Origin: Alphaproteobacteria bacterium
GTDB taxonomy: Bacteria; Pseudomonadota; Alphaproteobacteria; SMXS01
Length of the DNA: 64,000 bases
Direction of reading: 5' to 3'
Assembly: GCA_016124315.1 (NCBI GenBank)
Contig: WGNW01000060.1
Coordinates: 18,615 to 82,614, forward strand
The notes under the pieces: model-generated
Told to the model about the DNA's origin: nothing
Seen by the model: the letters and a program-made list of their open reading frames with translations, nothing else
The model's database searches: none
Program-made: the position numbers and the translations under genes
Shown: piece by piece, positions 48,915 through 58,023 of the stretch
Position numbering within the stretch: position 1 is the first letter of the stretch
Layout of the letters: each line of letters begins with the position of its first letter

Positions 48915-48939
48915 GGAACCGGTCTCGGCGCCGGCCGTT
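48915..48939 (+). promoter_or_regulatory. EcfG-type promoter for the DUF4142 gene
   Basis: GGAAC-N16-CGTT ending 9 nt before ATG 48949 (near-leaderless). Confidence 0.7.
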
Positions 48940-48948
48940 GTCCGGGTC

Positions 48949-49482
48949 ATGCAGCGACAGGTGATCACGCAGGCGTTCCTAGGGCTCGGCTTCGCGCTGG
49001 CAGGGCTGGTGTGCCTGCCCCCGCCGGCTGAGGCGACGCCGGCAGCGGAAGCGGCGTCGGCCGCGCCCTCGGTGCCATCGGAGGCGGTGTTCGCCCGCGA
49101 GGCGAGCCTGGCCGGCCTGTTCGACGTGAAATCGGGCGAACTCGCCGTGGAGCGGGCGCAGCAGGAAGACGTCCGACAGCTTGCCCGCGACCTGGTGGAC
49201 GACCAGAAGCTCGCCAACGCCCGGCTGCGGGCCTTCGCGCCGAAATATGTCAGGGACGAGCTCTCGGGCACCTACGAAACGGAGTTCAAACGGCTGCAGG
49301 CTGCGGGCAAGAACGATTTCGACCGTCTGTTCCTCGACGTGCAGAGCCACCGGCAGTCGCGAAACGTCAAGCTGTTCGAGGGGTACGCCGCCCATGGCGG
49401 CGACGCGGTGCTGCGGGGCTATGCGTCGGAGACGCTGGCGGCGGTCAAGAAGCACCGTTCGCGTGTCGAGGCGCTGCGCTGA
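48949..49482 (+). CDS. DUF4142 secreted protein
   Basis: Signal peptide; F...A...GLF.VKSGELA..RA....V...A...V.D; FDRLF; KLFEGYA..G.D..L..YA..TL. Confidence 0.78.
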   Translation: MQRQVITQAFLGLGFALAGLVCLPPPAEATPAAEAASAAPSVPSEAVFAREASLAGLFDVKSGELAVERAQQEDVRQLARDLVDDQKLANARLRAFAPKYVRDELSGTYETEFKRLQAAGKNDFDRLFLDVQSHRQSRNVKLFEGYAAHGGDAVLRGYASETLAAVKKHRSRVEALR

Positions 49483-49498
49483 GGCTTCCTGCAGGCGC

Positions 49499-49999
49499 CT
49501 ATTCGGCCCCGGCCAATCGGACGGCCTGCGCCGTCAGATGGCATTCCTGCTCGGGCAGGACCGGATAGGCGTCGGTCCGTACCGCCGCGCACAGATACGT
49601 GTCGTGATCGGCCGGGGATGTCGCCACCCTGAAGAACACCACCCAGCCGACGTCGGTGCGCTGAAACGCCTTCGCATCCCCGTCGAGCGTGCCGTGGCGA
49701 TTCTGCAGCAGGGCGCCGGTGTCGACCGCGGTGCAGTCGCCTTTCACGCCGCCGTAGGACAGGCAGTCCCATGGGCCGAGAGCGACGGGCGTATGCTCGC
49801 CGGCAGGTTGGTCGGTGTAGCCCTGGTCCCGCACGAAGGCTTCGGCGGTGCCGATCGCCGCCCGCGTGGCCGGGTCGAGATCATGCAGCCGCATCGTCCG
49901 AAGGTGGAGCGGCGTGGAGCAGGATGCGCATGCCCACGCTGCGACCAGAGCGGCGACCAACAATCGGCCGCGCGGCGCTGCAAATCCGTCTGCAATCAA
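49499..49999 (-). CDS. Hypothetical exported protein or lipoprotein
   Basis: Hydrophobic N-terminal segment ending CASC; four further Cys; start uncertain. Confidence 0.45.
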   Translation of the reverse strand: MIADGFAAPRGRLLVAALVAAWACASCSTPLHLRTMRLHDLDPATRAAIGTAEAFVRDQGYTDQPAGEHTPVALGPWDCLSYGGVKGDCTAVDTGALLQNRHGTLDGDAKAFQRTDVGWVVFFRVATSPADHDTYLCAAVRTDAYPVLPEQECHLTAQAVRLAGAE

Positions 50000-50143
50000 C
50001 TGGCGATGCCTCCCCGTGCGAACTTCAGGCTCACCTTATCCAGCGAAAACGCGTGGTCAAGCGTCGGTGAGCGTCGCAGAAAAGCGATGACTGCCTTGGA
50101 CGCCTTGGGCATCATCTGTACTTGGCAGTCGAGAGGAACAGGC

Positions 50144-50701
50144 ATGACTGACAGCGCGCGGCCGTTGCGGAGCGCAACCGGAGAAGGCAATTCCGAACCC
50201 GCAACGCGACGTCGCCGACGCCGCTTGCGGGTGGCGCCCTCCGAGGAGTTCGAGGCAAAGTCGCGCGTGTTCATGTATGAATTCTGCGAGCTGCTGTGCA
50301 AGGTCCTGCCCGGCTACGGCCAGATGTTCCGCGGCGACCTGGCGAAGGTGTTCATTCTTCTGGCCCTGGCGGCGGCCAACGTTCAACGGCTCATGGCATC
50401 GCAGCAGCGCGGTGCCTTCGAGGCCATGAAGGAGCGCGTTCCCGGAGAACTCCAGACACCCGTCAACGCCCTGTCGGTGGCCGAGGCGACCGGCCTTCCG
50501 CGGGAGACGGTCCGGCGCAAGCTCAAGGAGATGATCACCTCGGGAGCCGTGGTCGAGGATGAACGCGGCGGCTATCGGCTTCGCCCCGGCACGTTCCAGC
50601 AGGAACAGATGACCGAGCTCTATTTCGCCAGTTTCCGCGCGTTCGCCAAAGCTGCGGACGTGTGTCTGGAAGCGGGGCTCCTGGAGGTGCAGGAGGGCTG
50701 A
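50144..50701 (+). CDS. Winged-HTH protein of unknown function
   Basis: SD gagagga; PVNALSVAEATGLPRETVRRKL..M...G.V. Confidence 0.75.
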   Translation: MTDSARPLRSATGEGNSEPATRRRRRRLRVAPSEEFEAKSRVFMYEFCELLCKVLPGYGQMFRGDLAKVFILLALAAANVQRLMASQQRGAFEAMKERVPGELQTPVNALSVAEATGLPRETVRRKLKEMITSGAVVEDERGGYRLRPGTFQQEQMTELYFASFRAFAKAADVCLEAGLLEVQEG

Positions 50702-51017
50702 AGCGAGTTGCCCATTCTGGGTAGACTGGCAGGCCGTTGACGCCGCAGGTCGGCTAAGTTGTTGACGTCAATTCTGGTTGAGGGGGCTGTGGGCCGCCAA
50801 GGCGCACAGGGAAGTGGGACGAGGTCGTCGACGGGCCGCTGCTCGGACGGCCTCGTTTCTTCCAAGATCGCCAACCAGCGAAGAACATTTTTTATGTCGT
50901 TTGTACTGCCAGCGGGGATGGCGACAAGAGTCCGCTGCCGCATCAGCCACACGATCTCCTGAACATCCCAGGCCGCCGCGAAATCACCCCGCGCCGGTCT
51001 GGGTTTCGTTTGCGGCG

Positions 51018-51042
51018 GGAACACAGCGACCGCTGGATAGTT
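51018..51042 (+). promoter_or_regulatory. EcfG-type promoter for the small secreted protein
   Basis: GGAAC-N16-AGTT, 41 nt before ATG 51084. Confidence 0.6.
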
Positions 51043-51083
51043 CGCTATCGCAGGCTTGGTGGCTTCACCAGGGAGACGCGACG

Positions 51084-51413
51084 ATGAACCCGAAGATCGT
51101 ACTGATGGCCATTGGAGCGGCGATGACCGTTACGCCTGCCGTCGCCGCGGGTTCGGCTCAGGACCACAAGACCGAACTGGCACAATGGTGCACCAACGAT
51201 AAGACAGCCGCGGGCCGGGACCTCATCTACGACCCGAATTGCCCCGGCACACACGTCAAGCGCAATCCGGACGGCACCTGGGGAGACAGCCCGTCGTCCA
51301 TGGGCACCGGAGCGGGCCAGGACACGGCCCCCGGCGGGTCCGGCGCAGGATCGGAAGGCTCCGGCGGCTCCGCCGGGCGGACTCCCCCGGGATCCATCGG
51401 CGGTCAGTACTGA
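51084..51413 (+). CDS. Small secreted Gly/Ser-rich protein
   Basis: SD gggag; signal MNPKIVLMAIGAAMTVTPAVA; two Cys; low-complexity tail. Confidence 0.7.
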   Translation: MNPKIVLMAIGAAMTVTPAVAAGSAQDHKTELAQWCTNDKTAAGRDLIYDPNCPGTHVKRNPDGTWGDSPSSMGTGAGQDTAPGGSGAGSEGSGGSAGRTPPGSIGGQY

Positions 51414-51657
51414 GTGAACCAGGCGCCAGAGGGAAAATCAGCCATCTTGATCGCCGCGGGGAACCGCTTCCGAGCGGCCGCGTTATTGGGCCGTAAGGAG
51501 GCCGACCCAAGCCTCTTCGGAACGAACCTTCGCCCATACACGGCTGTCCACAGCTCCCAGCCGGGAAAAGGTTTGAGAGGCGCCCGGATCACCCAGTCCG
51601 GGCGCCCTTCCTTTATGGGCCATCCGAATATCGGGGTTTATTTCGATCGGCGGCCAG

Positions 51658-53295
51658 TCAGGATTGCTGATCGACCCTCGCCGCACCGCGGCCCGAGCCC
51701 GGCAGGGGCCAGAGCTGAGGGGCGAAAGTGTCCGGGTCCGCGGTCGCCCAGAGCTGGGCGAAGGGCGTGTCCTCCGGCGCGTCGAGCAGTTCGCCCGGCC
51801 GCAGCTGGGGATAGAGCTCGGCGGCGGAGCGAATCTCGTTGGGCGTGAGGCGCATGTAGAGGTGGGCGGGCTGCAGCTCGGAGGGGTGGTCAACTCCGGC
51901 GGCCGCGACGATCTCGGTCAGCTTCTCCACCGTGGCATGATGGAAGTTCCGGACGCGCCGGGCATGGTTCGGCACGATGATCGCGCGCTGGCGGACGGGA
52001 TCCTGCGTGGTGATGCCTGTGGGGCAAGTGCCGGTGTGGCAGCGCATGGACTGGACGCAGCCGAGCGAGAACATGAAACCGCGAGCGGTGTTGCACCAGT
52101 CGGCCCCGAGCGCCATGGCGCGGGCGAGGTAGAAACCGCTGATCACCTTGCCGCTGGCACCCAATCTGACGCGGTCGCGCAGGCCGCTGCCGACGAGCGC
52201 GGCCTGGGCGAAGGCGAGGCCGTCGACCAGCGGCATGCCCACATGGTCGGGCAGTTCGTGGGGCGCCGCGCCGGTACCGCCCTCGCCGCCGTCGATGACG
52301 ATGAAGTCGGGATAGATGCCGGTCTTGAGGATCGCTTTGCAGATCGCGAGGAACTCCCACGGATGGCCGATACACAGCTTGAAGCCGGCAGGCTTGCCGC
52401 CCGAAAGCTCCCGCAGCCGGGCGGTGAACTCCAGCAGCCCGACGGGCGTGGAGAAGGCCTTGTGGTGGTTGGGCGAGATGCAGTCCTCGTGGGCGGGGAC
52501 GCCGCGCGCCTCGGCAATTTCCTCCGTCACCTTGGCGGCGGGCAGCATGCCGCCATGGCCGGGCTTGGCACCCTGGCTCAGCTTGATCTCCACCATCTTC
52601 ACCTGGTCCTCGACGGCCTGGTCGCGGAACCGGTCGGGATCGAAATTGCCGTCCTTGGTGCGGCAGCCGAAATAGCCGGAGCCCACTTCCCAGATGATGT
52701 CGCCGCCATGGCGCCTGTGGTAGCGGGAGAAGCCGCCTTCGCCGGTATCGTGGGCGAAATCCCCAAGCCGGGCGCCCAGGTTGAGCGCCTCGATGGCATT
52801 GGCGCCCAGGGCGCCGAAGCTCATGGCCGAGATGTTGAGCACCGAGGAGGAATAGGGTCGGTCGCACTGGGTGCCGCCGATGTCGACGCGGAACAGGCTC
52901 TCCGACTTGGGCCGGGCGGCGATCGAATGGTGCATCCAGGTGTAGCCGGGGGCGTCGAAGTCCAGCTCGCTGCCGAAAGGCTTGGGATCGCCTTCCCCCA
53001 GGGACCGGCTGTAGACCATGAACCGCGCGTCGCGGGAGAACGGCTTGGTCTGCTCGTCGGACTCGATGATGTAACTGCGCATGAACGGCCCGAGCCATTC
53101 CAGCAGGTATCTGAAGCGCACCGTGAGCGGATAGTTCCGGCGCAACGGATCCTTGCCATGCAGCACATCGTAAACGCCCATCGAGCCCAGTACGGCGAGG
53201 GGGACGGCGGCGCAGAGCCACCAGAGGCTCAGCAGACACAGCACGCCGGCGGCGACCGCCAGCAAGATCACGGCGACGAGCGGTAGAAATCGCAT
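51658..53295 (-). CDS. FMN-binding glutamate synthase family protein (YerD-like, standalone)
   Basis: NISAMSFGAL, DTGEGG, EIKLSQGAKPGHGG, IDGGEGGTGAAP, GC.Q...CHTGTCPTG; N-terminal TM. Confidence 0.93.
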   Translation of the reverse strand: MRFLPLVAVILLAVAAGVLCLLSLWWLCAAVPLAVLGSMGVYDVLHGKDPLRRNYPLTVRFRYLLEWLGPFMRSYIIESDEQTKPFSRDARFMVYSRSLGEGDPKPFGSELDFDAPGYTWMHHSIAARPKSESLFRVDIGGTQCDRPYSSSVLNISAMSFGALGANAIEALNLGARLGDFAHDTGEGGFSRYHRRHGGDIIWEVGSGYFGCRTKDGNFDPDRFRDQAVEDQVKMVEIKLSQGAKPGHGGMLPAAKVTEEIAEARGVPAHEDCISPNHHKAFSTPVGLLEFTARLRELSGGKPAGFKLCIGHPWEFLAICKAILKTGIYPDFIVIDGGEGGTGAAPHELPDHVGMPLVDGLAFAQAALVGSGLRDRVRLGASGKVISGFYLARAMALGADWCNTARGFMFSLGCVQSMRCHTGTCPTGITTQDPVRQRAIIVPNHARRVRNFHHATVEKLTEIVAAAGVDHPSELQPAHLYMRLTPNEIRSAAELYPQLRPGELLDAPEDTPFAQLWATADPDTFAPQLWPLPGSGRGAARVDQQS

Positions 53296-53494
53296 GGTCG
53301 GAAGGCCTCCATTCGGTAACGCCGGACTCCCGGGGCCGCAAAGATTGGGCCAGACCGGGGATGGGACGCAAGGCCGGCAGTGGCAGGGCCCGGGATTTGC
53401 CTGGTCCGCAGCGCCACGCCTGCACTTCAGCATCGTCCAAGATGATTTTTGTTCGTTCTTATTGTGAGGTATTTAAGGGTTCTCGGACGCTCTT

Positions 53495-53515
53495 TTGAAC
53501 GAATTTTTCATTCAA
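53495..53515. promoter_or_regulatory. Operator-like inverted repeat
   Basis: TTGAACGAA-TTT-TTCATTCAA (1 mismatch) in an AT-rich divergent intergenic region. Confidence 0.6.
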
Positions 53516-53592
53516 GGGTTCCCGGCCGCCCCTACCATTACGCCACTGTTCTGCGGAGGCATCGGCGGCATCCAGGCCTGACCGACCGGAAC

Positions 53593-53622
53593 CCGGCCAG
53601 AAGCCGGCCAGAAGCCGGCCAG
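53593..53622 (+). repeat. 11-bp tandem repeat, about 2.7 copies
   Basis: CCGGCCAGAAG CCGGCCAGAAG CCGGCCAG. Confidence 0.8.
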
Positions 53623-53623
53623 C

Positions 53624-53830
53624 GACCAGGGGTCGACGACGCGGCTCAATACGACGGTCCGCCTCTGCAGCAGCGACGATCGCTGGGAATCGGCGCTCAT
53701 CGGGCGTAACCTGACCAACGAGCGCTACATCTCCGGCTCGGCCGACACGCCGGGCGGCGGTGGCACGGACGTGTTCGGCACGGCTGTGCGGGCCCGCCAG
53801 CTCGGTGTCCGGGCTACGTTTCGCCACCGA
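53624..53830 (+). pseudogene. C-terminal remnant of a TonB-dependent receptor
   Basis: Manual translation DQGSTTRLNTTVRLCSSDDRWESALIGRNLTNERYISGSADTPGGGGTDVFGTAVRARQLGVRATFRH; no start codon or upstream domains. Confidence 0.75.
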
Positions 53831-53907
53831 TGGGTGGGCCGGGAGGGCGCACCCTGCCGGCCCTTCGTCCAAGAGGGGAACGGTCGCAACTGAGAAAGGG
53901 GCATCAG

Positions 53908-55284
53908 ATGCCGCAGACCAATCTCTACGTCGATTTCCCAGGGCAGTCCGCGCGGCCGCCGCGCCGGGCGAAGCTCGATGCCGAGCGTTACACGTCGCCG
54001 GACGTCATGAAGCGGGAGTGGGACGCCGTGTGGACCCGCAGCTGGCTGCTCGCCGGCCTTGCCAGCGACCTGACCGAGGCGGGGGACTATTTCGTCTTCG
54101 ACATCGGGCGGGAGTCCGTCGTGGTCATGCGCACCGACGCCGGCGACCTGGCGGCCTTCTACAATGCGTGCCAGCATCGCGGGAACCGTCTCTTCACCAG
54201 CGAGCGCGGCAGCGTGGCGGCCGTCACCTGCCCCTATCACGGTTGGACCTACGAACTCGACGGCACCCTCAAGCAGGTGCCTGACGCCGAGCGCTTCCTG
54301 CAGGGCCTTCCCTGCGACCGGCTGTCGCTCAAGCCGGTGCAGGTGGAATGCTGGGCGGGCCTGGTGTGGATCAACATGGACCCGGATGCCGCGCCGCTGG
54401 CGGACTTCCTCGGCGTGGTCCAGGAGCAGCTCGATCCCTACCGCTTCCAGGACATGGTGCTGGTCAAGGACCAGACCGTCCTGCTGGACGCCAACTGGAA
54501 GACCTGCGTGGACAATTTCAACGAGCAGTACCACGTGGACTTCATCCATCCTCAGCACGCCAGCTTCGTGGACTGCCGGGACGCGATCAACGAGCTGTGG
54601 CCGTTCGGCCATCGCCGCGTGCTGGTCGAGGGCTATGTGACCAATCCGCGCTACGGCGTGCCGGAGGAAGTGCCGCCGGTGCTGCGGGCCGCCATCGAGC
54701 CGCTCGGCCTCGACCCGGACGACTTCCGGGGGCGGGTGCTGGAACTGCGCAAGGCGGTGCAGCAGCACAAGCGCCGGCTGGGGGAACAACTCGGCTTCGA
54801 CTATTCGCGCTTCACCGACGAGCAGGTGTCGGACATCCTGCAGTACGACCTGTTCCCGAACATCGTCATGACCATCAAGCCGGAAGAGCTGTGGGTGATG
54901 CGGCCGCGGCCCCATCCGACGGATCCGGACAAGTGCTTCTTCGATAAGTGGACGCTCAGGATCAACGTGGCGGGCGACCGGGCCGAGGGCCTCAGCCTGG
55001 TGGGCGACCCTTCGGTGCGGGTCGTGGCGGCGGGCGAGCGGCCCGAGCGCGAAGTGTTCGAGCGGGCCGACGTGGTGGAGGGACGGCGCTCCATGACCAT
55101 CACCATCGACCAGGACATCCACTACCTGCAGGACATGCAGGCCGGGATGCATTCACGCGGCTTCAGCCGCGCCTGGCTGAACGACGACGAGGCCAGGGTG
55201 CAGCATTTCCACGACTGGCTGGACGTCTGGCTGGAAGGGACACCGGTGCGCCAGGACACCGCCGTCGGTCAGGCCGCGGAGTAG
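53908..55284 (+). CDS. Rieske oxygenase alpha subunit (3)
   Basis: CQHRG...CPYHGW; NWKTCVDNFNEQYHVDFIH; YDLFPN; DQD. Confidence 0.94.
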   Translation: MPQTNLYVDFPGQSARPPRRAKLDAERYTSPDVMKREWDAVWTRSWLLAGLASDLTEAGDYFVFDIGRESVVVMRTDAGDLAAFYNACQHRGNRLFTSERGSVAAVTCPYHGWTYELDGTLKQVPDAERFLQGLPCDRLSLKPVQVECWAGLVWINMDPDAAPLADFLGVVQEQLDPYRFQDMVLVKDQTVLLDANWKTCVDNFNEQYHVDFIHPQHASFVDCRDAINELWPFGHRRVLVEGYVTNPRYGVPEEVPPVLRAAIEPLGLDPDDFRGRVLELRKAVQQHKRRLGEQLGFDYSRFTDEQVSDILQYDLFPNIVMTIKPEELWVMRPRPHPTDPDKCFFDKWTLRINVAGDRAEGLSLVGDPSVRVVAAGERPEREVFERADVVEGRRSMTITIDQDIHYLQDMQAGMHSRGFSRAWLNDDEARVQHFHDWLDVWLEGTPVRQDTAVGQAAE

Positions 55285-55423
55285 CACCGCCCCGTCCGAC
55301 GGGATACGGACATCGGAAACCTGAGACGACGTCGCCCGGATCGGGGCGGCGAAGGGAAATCCGTGCGTCGCCGTTCAACGGATGAATGGCCGACACACCG
55401 ATCCCCATGCTCAGGAGGTTCAG

Positions 55424-55843
55424 ATGAAGCGTTTGGCATATGGCTTGATGGTCGGCGCCGTGGCGTCCATGGCGCTGGCGATGCCGGCGGCGGCGCGGGA
55501 CAGGGACAACAATCCTCCCGGTCCGGCCGGCGGCCCCGGCACCAACTGGGAAAACCCACCCGGTCCCAGGGGCGGCCCGGGCGCATCGCCCGACCGCGTG
55601 TGGCGCCATATCCACGGCAGGGACTATGTCTTCGTGGTGACGCCCGGCGGCGCCTACTTCAACGCCCGGTTCGGCTACTGGCATCCCACGCAGGTCCACT
55701 GGGACCGGGCGAGGTTCCGCTGGACCGACCGTGACGACAATCCACCCGGCCCGGTCGGAGGCCGCGGGACGAACTGGGAAAATCCCCCCGGTCCGAGGGG
55801 CGGGCCGGGCACGTCTCCGGATCGCCACGGCGGCCGCATCTAA
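55424..55843 (+). CDS. Secreted protein with a duplicated 33-aa Pro/Gly-rich module
   Basis: SD aggagg; signal peptide; two copies of DRD[ND]NPPGPxGGxGTNWENPPGPRGGPG[AT]SPDR (55499-55597, 55727-55825). Confidence 0.82.
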   Translation: MKRLAYGLMVGAVASMALAMPAAARDRDNNPPGPAGGPGTNWENPPGPRGGPGASPDRVWRHIHGRDYVFVVTPGGAYFNARFGYWHPTQVHWDRARFRWTDRDDNPPGPVGGRGTNWENPPGPRGGPGTSPDRHGGRI

Positions 55844-56013
55844 GCGGCGTCGGGCCGCAACAATACCCTACACGCGTCGCAATCCGGCCACAGTTGAGGG
55901 CGACCTTCTCACCGTTGGCCTCGTCAGTTCGGTCGCATCTTTCGGATCTGTAGCCCCCAAGCCCATTCCGAAAGATGCGGCCGAACGTCATTTCGGGCCG
56001 GTCTCTCCGAAAA

Positions 56014-58023
56014 TCAGTGTGACGACCGCGGCTTGCGGCGCAACGGCTGGTCGCCCGGACGTGCGGCACGGACACCCTTGCCCGCTCGCGCGGCCTTGGG
56101 TTTGCCCGGCTTCTTGCCGAAGCGGTCGGCCGGCTTCGACTTCTTTCTGAACGAGCGGCTGGGATCGTCGGCCCCTTCCGGCCGTTGCCGGGCGGGCTCC
56201 GGCCGTTCCGTCGCGGCGGGCTCGCTCTCCCGTGGGACATCCTGGCGGTCCTGCGGCTTCCCGGCGTAGGGACGCCGCTCCCCGCGCGGTGGCCGGCGGC
56301 CGGGCTCCTCGGGGGCGTTCCCTTCGTCCCGCCCATGCGGACGGCGGAGCGGCCCCTCACGGTCGGGGCGACGCTCCCGGGCCGCCGGCGCGGCGGCGGG
56401 GTGGATGCTGAATTCCTGCTCCGCCGACGACTCGACGGCGGCCCGGAAGCGGTCCGCGACCTCCCGCGAGACCTCGAACTTGGTTTCCCGGTCCATCACC
56501 TTGATGACGCCGATCTCGCGCCTTGTGACGTGGCCGACGCGGCACAGCATGGGCAGCAGCCATTTGGGGTCGGCATTCTTCTGGCGACCGACGTTGATGC
56601 GGAACCATTCCGTCTCGCCCTGCGGGCCGAGATCCGCATGACGGCGCCGCTCGCGCGGCTCACGGGGCTCCCGCTCCTCGCGGGGCCGCCTCGGCCGCTC
56701 GTCGCGCTGGGGGCCGCCCTCGAACAGTTCCTCGGGCTCGGGCAGCCGGGCGCGGTAGAGCCGGGCCACGGCGCGGGCGAGTTGTTCGGGCGTACGGCCG
56801 TCGAGCAGCGAGTGCACCAGGCTCTCGTCCTCGCCCTCGGCGGCTTCGGCGAAGACCGGGTCGGCCATCAGGCGTTCCCTGTCCCGGTTGCGGATGTCCT
56901 CGGCGGAGGGCGGATTGCCCCATTCCGCGGTGACGCCGGCACTGGCGATGAGCTGGCCCGCGCGGCGGCCGCGGGTGTAGGGGACCATCAGCACGCAGGT
57001 GCCCTTACGGCCGGCGCGGCCGGTGCGGCCGCTGCGATGCAGAAGGGTTTCGCGGTTGTTGGGCAGGTCGGCGTGAACCACGAGATCGAGCCTCGGCAGG
57101 TCGAGCCCGCGGGCGGCGACATCGGTGGCGACGCAGATGCGCGTGCGACCGTCGCGCAGAGACTGAAGCGCGCCGTTGCGCTCGTTCTGACCCATTTCGC
57201 CCGACAGGGCGACGGCGGCGAAGCCGCGCTCCACCAGGCTGGCGTGGAGATGGCGCACGGCGTCGCGGGTGGAGCAGAACACCAGCGCCGCCCCGGCGTC
57301 GTAGAAGCGCAGGACGTTGACGACACCCAGCTCCACCTCGTTGGGCGCGACCCGCAGGGCGCGGTATTCGATGTCGGCGTGGGGAACGTTGCGCTCCAGC
57401 GTGTCGATGCGCAGCGCGTCGCGCTGATAGTTGCGGGCCAGGCCGGCGATCTGCGGGTCGATGGTGGCGGAGAACAGCAGGGTGCGCCGTTCGGGCGGCG
57501 TGGACTCCAGGATGAACTCGAGATCCTCGCGGAAGCCGAGGTCGAGCATTTCGTCGGCCTCGTCCAGCACGACCACGCGCAAGGCGGAGGGGTCCAACTG
57601 CGCGCGCTCCAGATGATCGCGCAGTCGGCCTGGCGTGCCGACGACGATGTGGGCGCCACGGTCCAGCGCCCGCGCCTCCTGGCGGGGGTTCATGCCGCCA
57701 ACGCAGGTGACGATGCGCGCGCCGGCCTCGGCATAGAGCCAGCCCAGTTCCCGGTTCACCTGGAGCGCCAACTCGCGGGTGGGGGCAACGACGAGGGCGA
57801 GAGGCGCCGACGGCTCGCCGAAGCGTTCGCCTTCGCCCAGCAGGGTGTCGGCGAAGGCGAGGCCGAACGCGACGGTCTTGCCGGAACCCGTCTGCGCCGA
57901 GACCAGCAGGTCGCGACCCTCCGCCTGGGCCTCGAGAACCGCCCGCTGGACGGGCGTGGGCTCGTGGTAGTCGCGGGCCTCGAGGGCGCGGGAAAGGGCG
58001 GGGTGGGTGGCTGGAAAGGGCAT
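56014..58023 (-). CDS. deaD: DEAD-box RNA helicase with DbpA-type RNA-binding domain
   Basis: PTPVQ, AQTGSGKT, PTRELA, TPGR, DEAD, SAT, ARGLD, HRSGRTGR; C-terminal WFRINVGR domain; basic tail. Confidence 0.94.
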   Translation of the reverse strand: MPFPATHPALSRALEARDYHEPTPVQRAVLEAQAEGRDLLVSAQTGSGKTVAFGLAFADTLLGEGERFGEPSAPLALVVAPTRELALQVNRELGWLYAEAGARIVTCVGGMNPRQEARALDRGAHIVVGTPGRLRDHLERAQLDPSALRVVVLDEADEMLDLGFREDLEFILESTPPERRTLLFSATIDPQIAGLARNYQRDALRIDTLERNVPHADIEYRALRVAPNEVELGVVNVLRFYDAGAALVFCSTRDAVRHLHASLVERGFAAVALSGEMGQNERNGALQSLRDGRTRICVATDVAARGLDLPRLDLVVHADLPNNRETLLHRSGRTGRAGRKGTCVLMVPYTRGRRAGQLIASAGVTAEWGNPPSAEDIRNRDRERLMADPVFAEAAEGEDESLVHSLLDGRTPEQLARAVARLYRARLPEPEELFEGGPQRDERPRRPREEREPREPRERRRHADLGPQGETEWFRINVGRQKNADPKWLLPMLCRVGHVTRREIGVIKVMDRETKFEVSREVADRFRAAVESSAEQEFSIHPAAAPAARERRPDREGPLRRPHGRDEGNAPEEPGRRPPRGERRPYAGKPQDRQDVPRESEPAATERPEPARQRPEGADDPSRSFRKKSKPADRFGKKPGKPKAARAGKGVRAARPGDQPLRRKPRSSH

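Noticed and set aside
49181-50143. N-terminal extension of the 506-aa ORF 49181..50701
   Set aside because: Overlaps the DUF4142 gene and an opposite-strand ORF; a good SD and ATG exist at 50144.
50620-51024. Minus-strand 134-aa ORF in the lower-GC intergenic region
   Set aside because: No recognisable motif or SD, and it overlaps the wHTH gene end and the ECF promoter.
53593-53622. Tandem repeat as a CRISPR array
   Set aside because: 11-bp units with no spacers and no cas genes in the window.
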